Assembly: GCA_028023455.1 (NCBI GenBank)
Contig: JAQFVV010000006.1
Location: 9,362,001 to 9,426,000, forward strand
Source of the DNA: Epiperipatus broadwayi
Taxonomy: Eukaryota > Animalia > Onychophora
DNA: 64,000 nucleotides
Reading direction: 5' to 3'
In this document: positions 38,540 through 52,139 of the stretch, piece by piece
Layout of the letters: each line of letters starts with the position of its first letter
How positions within the stretch are numbered: the first letter of the stretch is position 1
Translations under genes and position numbers: made by a program
Notes under the pieces: generated by a model
The model's input: only the letters and a program-made list of their open reading frames with translations
Databases searched by the model: none
What the model was told of the DNA's origin: nothing

Positions 38540-41203
38540 AGTAAATAAATAAAGAATCTGTTTATTACTTTATGAAAAATAGATACTATTTTTCTGATTT
38601 TAAAATTTATCTTCAAATATACGATAAAAACAAATATTGTGCGGAAACAGAGATAAATAATTTATACACACATAACTAACAAAACATTCTCAAATTTAAA
38701 AATCATTACAAAATTGTGCAATTTTCATATTTACATACATACATAATATTTCATGATGATTTCAACAAATGACGCGATAAAATATTAACCCAAACCCACA
38801 TAATTATAATCTTTTGATTTATAGAATCATTTGTTACTATTATTGGAATAAAATTTATATCAGAACTGTATACAGGCCAAAAATGAATAGGTGCACTGGA
38901 TAAAAAGCCTAAATTTGACGATGCATATGCAATTATATATATGAAATAATTACTGCATATTAATAAAATCAACATATGTTAGAATCTTCGCATGTACAAC
39001 CGATTCACTTATTCATGCTTCGGAAAAAAATATTACTTGAAAAATTAGCAAAAAAACAAATTTTAATTTTTAATTCACATTGCAATTAATAATGCCACAA
39101 GCATACGCTCGTATTTACCGAATTAAAATCACATGGTGATAATGTTTTTATATTTCATTATAACCAATTTTCATCACAAGAAGAAAAACAATGAGAATTA
39201 TTTTTTTTTGGATAACTTAATTTGTAAATAATTTTTAAATAATTATATCGCCGATATGTACACATTTGAACTACATATATCGGTAAAAATATTTGTACTG
39301 TACTTATATATGCATATATTCAAAATCTATACTGCACAGTATTCTAAGATTATGACTACTTTTTTTAAACGTGTATATGCAATTTTTAAATAATATACCA
39401 TAGCTATATTGTGATGCACTTTAAAAATGCCTGTACTACATATATATATATACATGCATGCGTATTTACAATGTATGTTACATAGGTTGTATCCATGTAT
39501 TTAGAGTATCCATAAGGAAGTGAATGACATGAACAGAGAGTTCTACCGTATAACAATTTTAATGAAACATAATGGCATACTCGGTACATCATAAGTAATT
39601 ATTAATGCAGAATTTAATTTTGCCGAAGCATCAAAAAAATGAAATGTGAAAAGCGAATTAAAATTTGTCTAATTATTATCGTACGAAAGTATCCACTTTT
39701 GAGATGCTTGCTTACGTTAAAAATAAAAATCCAAGAGAAACAGATTTCTTAAAAGTAAATAAAAAAAAAATCCTTATTTTGATCAAATAGATTAATTTTA
39801 GATATGATTACAAAATTGGAAGCCAAATGAATGTGAAAACTTTTTCTCAAAATTACTAATTGTCAAAAATTTATTTTTACTATACAGTATATAAATGAAA
39901 TACGCCTCATAAATCAACGAAGTCAACAGCTGCACTATATATCTTTGGACCACCAGTCTGATACAGTTAATTAGAAACAAAGTGTTGCGTTATTTTTATA
40001 GAAAATTTTTACCATTATTATGAACTCATAATATTAATTATGCTAGCTAGCAATTCAATGATTTATAAAGTACACTGTACACCATAATTAAAGTGTAAAA
40101 ATAATCCGGGCTTATTTACGTGTGCCATATATTATGTGTGGATTTATATGCATACCCACATATATCATATAATTTTTCATAATATAAAAATTCTTTGGTT
40201 TAAAAAAAGATAATAATATAAATGGAATAATATGTGAACAATTCGTAAATGTGCTTTATATAAAATATACTTTGATATAAATATGTAAAATTCATATTTA
40301 ACAAATATACATGCAGTCATATTTCTTTTTTTAAAATAAAAAAAAAAAAGGAGGGAGGAAAGAAACATAAACGGCTTTCATACTACACAAGAGATAGGTT
40401 GAATGTTAATCGATCATAGGCTTTTTTTTTTGTATTATTTGTAAAATTAATATTTCAACACAAGATTCGAAATGTAGTTCTTATTATATATATATAATAA
40501 TAATAATAGTAATAATAATAAGGATAAAACAGACTTAAAATAATGATCTCTGACAGAATACAAGTATAATTAAGGCAGCTATAAACAGATTTTTTTTAAA
40601 AAAGGTAATATTACACAATAACCAATTATGTAATTAATACATTATAGAACTATATCTTATAATATTACTTTGAACAAAGCTTTAAGCACACTCTATTGAC
40701 ATATTGTGGAAGTAAGATAAATTTTCACAATCTGAATTGTAAGCTATAATATAAATTGGTCCGGTCAATCTCATCGTAATTCATGCTTCAGAATATAGCA
40801 ATTAAATAAAACTTAATAATTTTAATTTCACAATGAGATAATAGAGGACGCTCTAATGCTCTCATTCATAATAATATTATACAATACAATTTTCTTGACT
40901 TAAAAAAAATATATATTTCTATTATATTTGAGACGTTATAATAATATAAGTAAATATTATAAACTTTTTTGCCCTCCAAGATCTTATATGAAAAGTTAAC
41001 CAACAACTACGTTATAGCCTAATTAACATCCAATGATTTCAATCCTGCCCAAAAAATTAGGTAGGTAAGGTCTCAAAACTTTTTGAACATATAAATAAAA
41101 AAAATATATTTACAGATTTTAATAACTTAAGTATTTCTAGTTGTATAAATCACAGCTGCTTTATTTACGGTATACTTGTTTTCTGCAAGATCCTTTCCTA
41201 CTG
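38540..41203 (-). other. Probable long 3' UTR of the LIM kinase gene (3' end uncertain)
   Basis: This block directly after the stop codon has no recognisable repeats and is U-rich on -. A candidate AATAAA on - lies at 38561-38566. Confidence 0.35.
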
Positions 41204-41477
41204 CTATGATGAGGTAGGTGACGCAGGGGAGGCGTCCAGATCTGGACTGGATTCGTTGATCGTCTGCATTGATACTTTGCTACTGCTGCTTGTGGAATGT
41301 ATAGATTCATCACTTGAAACTAAACAAGGACTGCTCCCTGAATCACTAGATTCGGAAGCCTCAGTACTATGTGTATATTCTAAAATTTCAGCTTCTAACT
41401 CGGGAGGTAAAATACTACCAGATTCCATAAAAAGAAGTAAGCTTTGAAACCAAGATTCCAGGAGTGAAAATGGAGGT
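41204..41477 (-). CDS. LIMK1: LIM domain kinase, last coding exon
   Basis: Acceptor ..taag|, phase 2, completing the Arg of DPEKR. Encodes PPFSLLESWFQSLLLFMESGSILPPELEAEILEY followed by a Ser-rich tail to TAG. Confidence 0.88.
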
Positions 41478-44400
41478 CTTAATATTAAAAAAGAAAAAAA
41501 AAATTAAAGACAAAATTAATTTTCACTGATGAATTTTATTATTTATTATTAGAAATGTTTAAAGGTATGTAATAAAATCTAAGTTTTATTTATTTATTAT
41601 TGAAATAATTATTACTAGCAATCGTACCGTATGCATGATCAATATATATATATACAAAAATCCTCAGAACTATTAATAATAAAGATACCAATTACTTCAT
41701 TTATTATTTTTGCCAGTTATTAACTGTGAAAACAGTCAGTAATATGTCAAAATACAGAATCTCCATATAATAATGGCTACCTATTTAAAAGTGTTTGATG
41801 TATCAATACTGTTTTAAAATTATATATATATCTGAAAACCATTCAATATTCTCACATTTCAAACAAATAAACAATGATATTCGGGGAAAAGGCAAATGAA
41901 TCTAAATTTGTATTTCTAGTGGAACTAGTACTCTTCATGAAGCTGGTTCCAATCAAAAACCTCTTAAATGTCTTCATCATTGTCCATTATTTAATTATTG
42001 TATACAGTCAATATTCAAGTGACTTAGCATTACTATTCATATATATACTTACTACTTTAGTAGTATTTTGGCAGTATGTGCTAGCATCTAAGTCATACAC
42101 CCAACTATAGATTTTTTCACAGTATAACTTTGTTTAGCTGTTAATGGTATTTGTGCATTTTGCTACTTCTGATAATTTTCCAACTTTATAATTATATATT
42201 ACCCATCGTGTTTATATATTTTGTGCTTAATCCTCAATTGATACAAACTATATGCTAATACCAGTATCACTTTTCAAATGCCCTAATTTCATATTATTTT
42301 TTAAATTGAACACACGTCCATCTCAATCCATTTCTAGTTATGTCTCTACTTTGCAAAAATCAAGTTAGTTTGAATTTAGCTCATTTAGCATAAATTATGT
42401 CTCACTTTTCAGACTTAGGGGTATTTCATACCACTTGTAATCTAAATGGTTGTAAACTTTTTCCAACTTTTTTTAACTGACCATTTTTTTCTTACATCTT
42501 CAAAGTATCTAAACAGCTTATAAAAACTTTATCTAATGAATTTAAAGTTGGCTTCTGCACCCCTCCTCCCAACACAAACAGACTTAACTAATAATGTAAA
42601 AGACAAAATCAACCCATCCCAAACACCCCAAATTGTATTTAGCATTTCATGCCCTTAGGGTGGATGCAGCACCTATGGGGAAACTAAGGCGACCGTCAAT
42701 AATAGAGCTGCTCAACACATGTAAACATACAAAAGAGCACAAAAGAACGACATCTCAATATTTCTTGAACATGAGAAGCAGGCCAGTCATAGGTTCGAAC
42801 CCTCCAACCCCAAAATTGTGTGCACTGAAGCTAACGACTGCAAAAGGGAAGATAAAAGAAGCATATTTTATCATCAATGACAATATCACGATTAATAAAC
42901 GCGACACATGCTTCGCTATCCCCAGAAAATGGACAAGTTAATTTACATATGCATACATTACCTTTTATCAATATCCCAATGATTTAAAATCTATTTTGGC
43001 TATGATTATAAGGGATAACACCTCGAAAGCACTTAGCCTGCTTTGATTCATTTTGATTGTTTTTTCTTGCCATTAGCAGCTTCTTCGCCCAGCATTTTAA
43101 AGTGCTTGTATGTACTAAAACTTATTGTAACTAATGGCAACAATAATAAAAAGCAAATTTATTTCATTGTTGTGATTGGGTTGCAAGCATTATATAACTC
43201 ATTGGAAGCTTCAGTTACTTCCTGTTCAAATAATCTGAATTATTTACTTATTTACATATAATACTTGATTGTAAGAAATCAATCTACTAAACAAAAATAA
43301 TTTTATTTCTCCATTTTTATGCAAATATTTTTATTATTGAACTATAAATAATGCTTATAATATAAAAAAAATCAAATTTTAAATAATGTTTATATAAAAC
43401 AAATACTCTTTTTAGGAACAGTAGTAGATACTACTTGCAGTGTATACTTTTGTAAAGAGTTGTAGCCATTGCAAGTTAATTACATAACCTGTATCTAGAT
43501 AAAAAAAATTGCAAACATTCACGTTTAATAAATACATATAATGAAATTATATTGATACAATAACTAGTTTAGATAATATAGAATTTGAAACTAAGATTCC
43601 TGAAAAAGAAGTACAGTGGATTCTGCATCAACGAAAATTCTCAAACCAAGCAAATGTTTCAAGAAATACTTTTCCTCACTCGTGAAGATTTCTATAAATA
43701 ACCCAAATGCTCCCATAAATGCTGTTGGCTAAGATAGCATATGTATGCGCAAGACATTTCAGAATGGGCACGACCGGAATGTTTTCCTCTTTGACTAAAC
43801 ATCTGACATCTTTGTCACATTTTGTAAGGCTTAATTCATTTGTTGATTTATTTCCGCCTTTAGCAGTGGAAATACGTTGCTATAATTTTTGTCATCCAAG
43901 TATATAAATTTAACCATGAATCGGGAGACAATTAGGTAAACTAATAATTTCCCAAAAATGATGCTCTCCTTTCATTTCTACGTTATAAAGTTTGTTAATG
44001 TTTTTATGCAATATTTTTTACGTTTTTAAAAGCCAATTATGGTTTTCTATTAGGAAAAGATTACATTTTGAATTTACATCTTCATGAAAAAATTAATCTG
44101 AGATGAATGAGCTTATTAAATTAGACAATATTTTTATGTAGGTCGTGATCAAATGTTTTACGCCCTGTGATTGGATATTATAATATCTGTTTAATTTGTT
44201 TATATTAAAAAAAATACATTACGTTTTTGGCACATAATTTTTTTTTTGCTTTTATTATGACAATTTTGAGTATAGTTTTCATTATGATAGGACTATTTGC
44301 ACTTCTCAAATTTATGTGTGTATGTATAAAAGTTAAATATATTAGTCTTCTATTATTTTTTTCCATTTATATTTTTACTTTGATATTATATTTTTCTCCT

Positions 44401-44749
44401 GTTTAAATTAATGATTTGTAAAGTAACTTTGCTTTAAGCTATAAGCTTAGAAAGGGTTACCCCTAAATTCACATATTTCAATATACGTTAGAATGAACAA
44501 GCTTTTGGAACTAATAATGTCTGCTGTAGCAGGCGGACATTTATTGCAATCGAAACTGTTAATTTTTATTTTTCAGGAATTAGCAATTCCAATGATGTCA
44601 AGAAATGTCTCAGCGTTAATTACTAGTTAAATAGAAGCATATTAATGTTTTAAATCATATACTTATTTTCATTTGCCATGTATTTATTTCATTACCGCTG
44701 ATTTATAGGTATAGAAATATTATTGCACGCTTAATAGGTAGTAACAGAA

Positions 44750-45450
44750 ACATCTTCGTTTGTCATTGCATACATTTTTGAGTGAAAAAAGACCTAATCC
44801 TCTTAAAGGCAATATTTGCTTGACTATGAATGTTCAACCTTTAATCCGCTGGTAAACCAGAGTTGTGACGTCATAATTTTTTTGTTAATTTTTGGTAACA
44901 ACTATCAGGACTGTAGTTGAAATAAAATACCTCAGATCTCCATCCAATAGCAGCAGTCTATTATCCTCTATATCTGTTTACATAAATATGAATAATCGAA
45001 GAACATCAGATGAGTGTCCACTGATATCCTCAGACCAGTTTATGGCTATAAGACCTTCGTGAGGAATACTGGACTACACATACCCATACCCAGCATCTTC
45101 AACTTTCCTTATATGAGATTAAAAGTTTGAAAATTTCTATCATTCTATGAATAGGATTCCGAGATAAAATATCTGCAATCATCTGACATTAGATTAGCAA
45201 TTCTATTTTGCTGGCAAAAAAGATAATATATATCAAAAATAAAGTTCCATGTGACTTTCCTAGCTTACATTAATCCATCTACACTTATCAATTGTGTTCA
45301 TTCAGACAGTTTTATGTAATACAAAGTGGATTGCTGCTACAGCTGCATATTAAACGTAAACTAGGAGTTCTTCCTGTTAACAAATTAAAATGATTAAAAG
45401 AACAGTTTAAGACAGTGGTTGAGGCTCATTACTTCTAGTTTACTCTTATT
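44750..45450 (-). mobile_element. Gypsy-type LTR retrotransposon pol relic (RNase H / integrase junction)
   Basis: Fragments CRWINV..HMEL and IADILSRNP match RW...L..F...I.Y..G..N..AD.LSR. Confidence 0.45.
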
Positions 45451-46944
45451 TTACCTCCAATAATTTACCACTGACATGTAAAATTTATTTTACAATTTTT
45501 TTTTTTTTCAAAGTTGGAAGCAAATTTTCCAACTAAGCTCAAAAAAAAAAAAAAAAAAACAAGAAGGTAAATGGGAAACAAAATTCAATAAATGTTGCAA
45601 ACCTGTTTCTATTCTATTAACTATAAAGGGAATGTCATCAAGATAAGGCGAGTAATTAATAAATATATCTTAAGTACAAACAATCTTTAAAAACGGAAAA
45701 AGGCCGTTAAGAAAATAATATTATTAATGTTAAAAAATAAGTCACGATGCTTAACAGGTCTATATTGTTGATCCAAGAAACTTCTTTTAAACAATAATAT
45801 TCCCCCTTCCTCCTTAGATTAAAAAATGGAAAAATGTTAACAAATAAAAAGGAATTAATGTCCACTAACTAACATTAATAGAATCACATTCCAGGAACAA
45901 GAAAAAATACATAGATTGAAATCACTTTCAAAATTGCGTAAATTGCGTTTCAGACATTACTAATTCCAATGTTTTACACAAAAATAAAAATAAAACAAAT
46001 AATGCAGTGAAATTTTCTCATGATTACAAAACTATTAATAAAATATGTTGAACTAAACATCAGGAAACATAATAAGAATCCAGTACCGTAACAAGAAGAT
46101 CGTTGGGTAAATTTAACAATTAGTGGTGCAAAATATTGATAATTAGCATAATAAAAAATGGAATCAATCTGAGGGGCTATCAATACCGCTATGCATATCT
46201 CTTTCCAATTATTTATGTGAATTACACAAACATGATCTCTATTAAAAACAACTTAATGAGTGTCCAATGCAATGTGTCGCAGTACTAAAAATGCTTGTGC
46301 TCCTTTTAAGAAATTACATAAACTGAACTTATCTTTTAATGCTATTGTAAATTATAATATTAGTCTTTCCATATATTTTTATCTCATAGCAATTTATTAA
46401 TAAAGCAAAATTCATAGTCATTACAATGCATATTTTTCCAGGAAAAAATATTACGCACCTGGAGTAATAATTTTGTGGTGAATTCAATTACCATCTTTAT
46501 GATGGTCATTCACATTGAATGTTAATATCTGCATCATGATTATCCTAATATCATTGGGACAGGTATCTGTGTCAAAGGACCTGTTTCTTCCATTATTGAC
46601 CATTTTCCAAATTTTCATCTCGTTTCAAAGCCAATATAGCTGTGGAAATATCCAATCATGCATGGATCACTCCATAATATTCAAGCTGTTAAATACACAA
46701 TTAAACAAGCAATATCATATGACTTACCAATCATGCATTCGCTCCACATCTAATCAATAATGGCCAAATATTCAAGCTGCTAATTACGCAATTAAACAAG
46801 CGACAGCATATGACTTATCCCGTCCAATTTGGGATCGGAAGATCACAGGATTGATTCTGGCACTCACAGGTTTGGTACTTGATTGAACTTGAGTAATAAA
46901 GCCTTATGCCTTTTTTTTTATCTAACTTCAAACTATCCTGCATG

Positions 46945-47010
46945 TGTTTTAGCGCGGTGATTAGAATGTCAGACTATAGAGTGTAAGGATCCTCGGATCA
47001 ATTCCGATAC
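46945..47010 (+). repeat. Degenerate tRNA-like SINE head
   Basis: TAGCGCGGTGATTAG (A-box-like) and GGATCAATTCC (B-box-like), flanked by two similar GA(G/C)TAATAAAGCC..ACTTCAAACTA segments. Confidence 0.3.
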
Positions 47011-48078
47011 TACCATTACTGGTGCTAAAACTTCCGATGAACTTCTTGACTAATAAAGCCATTCGATTATTATTAAATCTTATCACTTCAAACTAACTAA
47101 TGATGACTTTCTCCAACAGTATAATCAGATAAAAAACATTATCTCCTTTTAAATCTGGACTGTTATTCAAAAACATTTTAAACAACTTATGCCCTGATTG
47201 AATTGCTCTGGAAATATCCTAAAGCAACATATGGACAACATAAATAGAGCACTATCGATGAACTCAAATTCTGATGAGGCAAGAACGCTTATCTGCAATT
47301 TGCAAGTGAATACCACTTTACATGCAAAATGCGGTAAGGTTTAAGCTTCAAAAATTAATATCAAACCTAGTAAACCAGGAAAAACAACAGTAAATTATGC
47401 AAACCCGGCTGCATATATGAACAGTGTTCCACTTTGCTAAAAAATTGTATCCCTTTTTTTCTAGAGAGAAAACGTTACTATTTACATTTAACGTATAACT
47501 GAAGGCACTAAAATTTATAATAGCTATCCTAATGACAGACTTATATAATTATAAAAGCTCGTTCAAATCTTCCCGGTGTTTGAAACTGTGATTGTTATTT
47601 ATTTAAAAAAATATTGACCCAAGATCCATCTCCCACCCTCATATCTGAAATATTCATACCCACTGATTCAGTTACCTGTGATGCAAAAAAAAAATATTAA
47701 ATAAAAAAATTAAAATAATTTTAATTTTCAGTTCACAGTATACACACAGAATATATGCATGTTAAAAATACACGTTGTAATACAATTTAATACTATGAAT
47801 GTACTTCAGTACCACAACTATGGTTTGGATCCAATTGTAGAGGATAGAGAGAAGACACCTACACATTTAAATGGCCTATTCAGAAAATTTATAAGAAAAG
47901 TCATGGAAAACTGTTTCATTTAATAAAAAAACTACTATGCAAATACAAAGCAATAAGGAAAATAAAGCTTGTAGCTAATTGAAGTAAACATAGCAAACTA
48001 TATTATGAAATTCGTAAGAACTTCACAATATAGTTTGTTATAATATAGTTTGATATAATTCAGCAATACCATCATTAC

Positions 48079-48233
48079 CTTTTTTCAGGATCCAGATCAC
48101 AACAGAGGAATGTGATTTTATAAAATTGTTCAGGACATTCCCTACAAAACTTCTTTTTGAACACTTCAGTGTTCAAACCAAAGTCGTGCGTCCTGGGAAG
48201 ATAATCGGGATCTGCCTGAACTCGACCAATAAT
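48079..48233 (-). CDS. LIMK1: LIM domain kinase exon (kinase subdomains X-XI)
   Basis: Bounded by ttctag| and |gtaatg, 155 nt. Encodes [51 protein letters not shown](R). Confidence 0.95.
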
Positions 48234-48264
48234 CTAGAAAAAAGTCAAGTAACACGTGAAATCA

Positions 48265-48612
<348 letters not shown>

Positions 48613-48643
48613 TCATAATTACTAAAAAGAAACTGTCCCTTAC

Positions 48644-48709
48644 CTCTCGAACCAAACAATTCTGAGAATTTAAATCTCTATGAATTATGTTCATGGAATG
48701 AAGATAAGC
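48644..48709 (-). CDS. LIMK1: LIM domain kinase exon (catalytic loop)
   Basis: Bounded by ttttag| and |gtaagg, 66 nt. Encodes [22 protein letters not shown], with the LIMK-specific HRDLNS.NCL. Confidence 0.96.
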
Positions 48710-49534
48710 CTAAAAATAAACATTTACATATATATATACTAAAATAAAAACTTTCATGTGTAAAAGATGTAAAGATATAACTCATATTCCTTTATGTTTG
48801 TTTGTTTGTTTGTTGTCAATATCATCAACCTTTTGGCCAGAATCTCTTCTGCCACTATTTGGGTAAGGATGGTCAATCACACAGTCATAGCAGAGATATT
48901 TCTTTTTTCAATATCTTTGCAATAACTGCTTAAGAAACTTCCACTACTTGATGACGGCAATGCGATCTTGCCGAAATGTTGATACAACTTCGATAATAAA
49001 AACAAGTAATCATATATTTATATATATGTGTGTGTACCATATGCATATATATATATATAATATTTTAAAAGAAAGGTTTTCACTGGAAATTATTGTTAAT
49101 TAAACACGGATGAATCTGAAAATACATCATCCATAAATATAATATATAAATTAAGCTACAATGATGATGGTGATTAAGTATTTATATATCATTCACATAC
49201 GTATCATCAACAAAGCAAGTTGATGGAAATTTTTGCAGAAGTTTTTAAAAATCATATTAAAAGCATTTTTTAAATAATTTAGATATATCAGACTCTTTTT
49301 TAAATACCATTTGTTGAGTAATAGTTAAGAGGGGCAGTTTACCGTTATTGTAATTATCTTTTATTATATATTTCCTTGGGCGAGTACTTCGGAGAGTTCA
49401 AAAATATTCATGCCATTTCTAATTATTTAATTTTAAAACATTTCTCACTGAAAGGAAAAATAGAATGCTATACAGTTATGTAAATCAAGCAGAGCCTTAT
49501 ATAAAATGAATCCACTTGTTTTTTATATATAACC

Positions 49535-50281
49535 CAGGCAATACTCTCCATACGTATTGCCACTCAGTGCAAGCCAAAGTAATCCAAGGGATGTCACAAG
49601 GCTTGTGTGTAAAATCCCCATCTAGTGCCTACTTATCCAATATCCCAGATTAGTTTCTGGCTTGTGGCCTTTGTCAGTGAGAAGCATTGGATCTGAGAGC
49701 CCTGCACCTAGATCTTAGGATCCAATGCAACTCTCCAGCAGCCACCTTTCATCTTTACTTAACTACAAAACTATGAATCTTAAATTTGAAAAGACTAATA
49801 TTTTCAATCCAAGCTCTTTAGCCTATTTAGTCATATAGGTCTGAACTCAGTTCAGTACCTATATATTTTGGTGGCTTTGGTTCTTTAATAACTATAGCCA
49901 GTATAGGATAGTGGTGGCTATGGTTATTTAAGAACCAAAGACACCAAAATGTATAGATACTGAACTGAGTTCAGACCTATATGACTAAATAGGCTAAAGA
50001 GCTTGGATTGAAAATATTATAGTGTTTTCAATTTAAGACTCATAGTTTTATAGTTAAGTAGAGATGAAAGGTGGCTGCTGGAGAGTTGCATTGGATCCTA
50101 AGATCTAGGTGCAGTGCTCTCAGATCCAAGGTTCCTCACTGATAAAGGCCGCAAGACAGAAACTAGTCTGGGGATATTGGATGAATAGGCACTAGATGGG
50201 GATTTTATGCACAAGCCTTCTGGCAACTATTGATTACTCTGGCCTGCACTGAGTGGCAATACGTATGGAGAGTTTTGCCTG
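49535..50281. mobile_element. 747 bp palindrome of PLE family-1 pseudo-LTRs in a LIMK intron
   Basis: The arms are near reverse complements around ~49900-49915. Each carries a mutated hammerhead (CUGACAA on -, CUGAUAA on + at 50139-50145). Confidence 0.9.
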
Positions 50282-50994
50282 TTTTAATAACAGTTATAAG
50301 CAAGCATAAGAAAAGATGATTATGTGATGTTATATGTAACTCTTTAGATTGATAAAGACTTGCCAAACACAAAAAATTTCTCACTTCCTTAAAGTGCAAC
50401 AGTCTGAGGCAAATACTTTATATCCTCAAATTCGCTTCTACATAACTGAAAGCATCAGTTGAAATAAAATTAAAGTGGATAATAAGAAATTTCTCTGTCA
50501 GAACAATGCAATGAAGCGTATTAAATAAAAATCTAAGAGAATGTTAAGTATATTTCTACTTTAAAATGATTCAAAAGATTATTGACTTAGGAATTATATC
50601 ATTAAATGAATTTGCTTTTATTTATTTCAGTTGATATGAAAGAAAAGAAGCTCAATCAAAAATGTGAAATCCAAATCATTATAAAGATCACTTTAGGTCA
50701 TCGCAAAATCAGCGAGAAAAAACAATTTGCTTATGGATAATTTATTTAAAATATTCCCAAATATAATAATTCGCTATTTTATTTATCTTGCTAACTGTCA
50801 AAATGGATTTAAAATTTTTCTATGTACTATTTAATACTGACGGTACTTTGCAGAATACTGATGATTAAAGAACTAAGAAAGACACCTATCTTGATTTTAA
50901 TTGCATTTAAAAACCTTCCCAGAATGAGGATATATTCCTACCAGTCAGCAGCTGTCAAAGGAGATTACTTTTCTGTGATGATGGTATTTTAGTT

Positions 50995-52065
50995 GTATTT
51001 ATTTGTCGGACTATTTCCATCATCTAATATTAAAGTAGTAAATGTTTTTAGAAAAATTTAACTTTATTTAAATTTCCAAATTACATTCAAGAGGTATTAT
51101 TCTCCCCGCTTCTTCAGGTGTTGCTGGCCTGATCAGTGACATTACTAGCATCGGAATCAAACCTGGACTCTTAGATTCTTGAAATATTAAATTTTAATAT
51201 AATGCTCTAACCAATTGAACCATCCTGCATCCTGCCAAAGGTAACAGTCCGTAGAACTTTCATATACTTATCTATGCGTTTCCTCCCAATTTCCCCATTT
51301 TTTCCTAAAAGCAAAATTGATTATTGGTTTCTATACATTAAGTATAATCACACTAAGCTGACTTACGAGGTTATTTACATAGTCACTATACAAGGAATTC
51401 TAACATCTACAAAGCAAAATGCTGAAAAGAAAAAACTCCATCTATAAAATACCATATGAATGTGAAAAATGTATATTGGTGAGACCGGTCTCCCCATTGA
51501 AAAGTGACTGCAAAAGCACAAACTGATGATTAGAAGAGAGAAAACAGATGTGTCTAAGGTAGCAGACCATGTATGTACCAATGCATATATGTTCAACTGG
51601 TAAAATACAAAAATATTGGATGGAGAGGTCAAGATACAAAGAAGAAATTTCAAAGAAGCTGTTCACATGATAATGGTGAATAATGCCCATAATGTATGGA
51701 AACCACTAATCAACTTTGCTCTTAGGAAGAAGTGGAGAAATCAGGAAGAAACTCATAGATAAGTATTTGGTATTTCTATGGATTGGTGCCTTTGGCAGGA
51801 TGGTTCAGTTCATTGGAGAGTTACCTTAAAATTCAATATTCAAGAATCTAAAGGTGCAGGTTCGATTCCCATGCTAGAACTGACATTGGTCAGGTCAATA
51901 ACATGTGAAGAAGAGAGAATAATAATATTTCTCAAAACTTTGTATGCATATACTAACCTGTGTGTTATTACTAATGGTTGAATGTAATTTGGAAATTTAA
52001 ATAAAATTACATTTTTTTAAGGGCATTAGTAGATGATGGAAATAGTCTAACAAATAAATACTTTT
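50995..52065 (+). mobile_element. 5'-truncated PLE family 2: inverted pLTR, GIY-YIG endonuclease, pLTR
   Basis: 51430-51700 with one frameshift reads IYKIPYECEKMYIGETGLPIEK*LQKHK..SKVADHVCTNAYMFNW*NTKILD..RRNFKEAVH. A direct pLTR lies at 51770-52065 and an inverted pLTR at 50995-51300. Confidence 0.9.
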
Positions 52066-52139
52066 GTGAATCTATTAAAGGACCAGTTTAATGTTCCTTA
52101 CAATTGGTTATTCCATTTTCTTTTTTCTCCATTACCTTA

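Noticed and set aside
41198-41206. Stop-codon readthrough at LIMK TAG-C
   Set aside because: A second in-frame TAG follows after one codon, so any extension would be trivial.
41256-41447. Plus-strand ORF and C/D-box-like ATGATGA near 41206
   Set aside because: It is antisense to the LIMK last exon, and I found no matching D box or terminal stem.
46679-46820. ~90 bp-period imperfect direct duplication
   Set aside because: It is real but looks like an ordinary local duplication with two units and no further structure.
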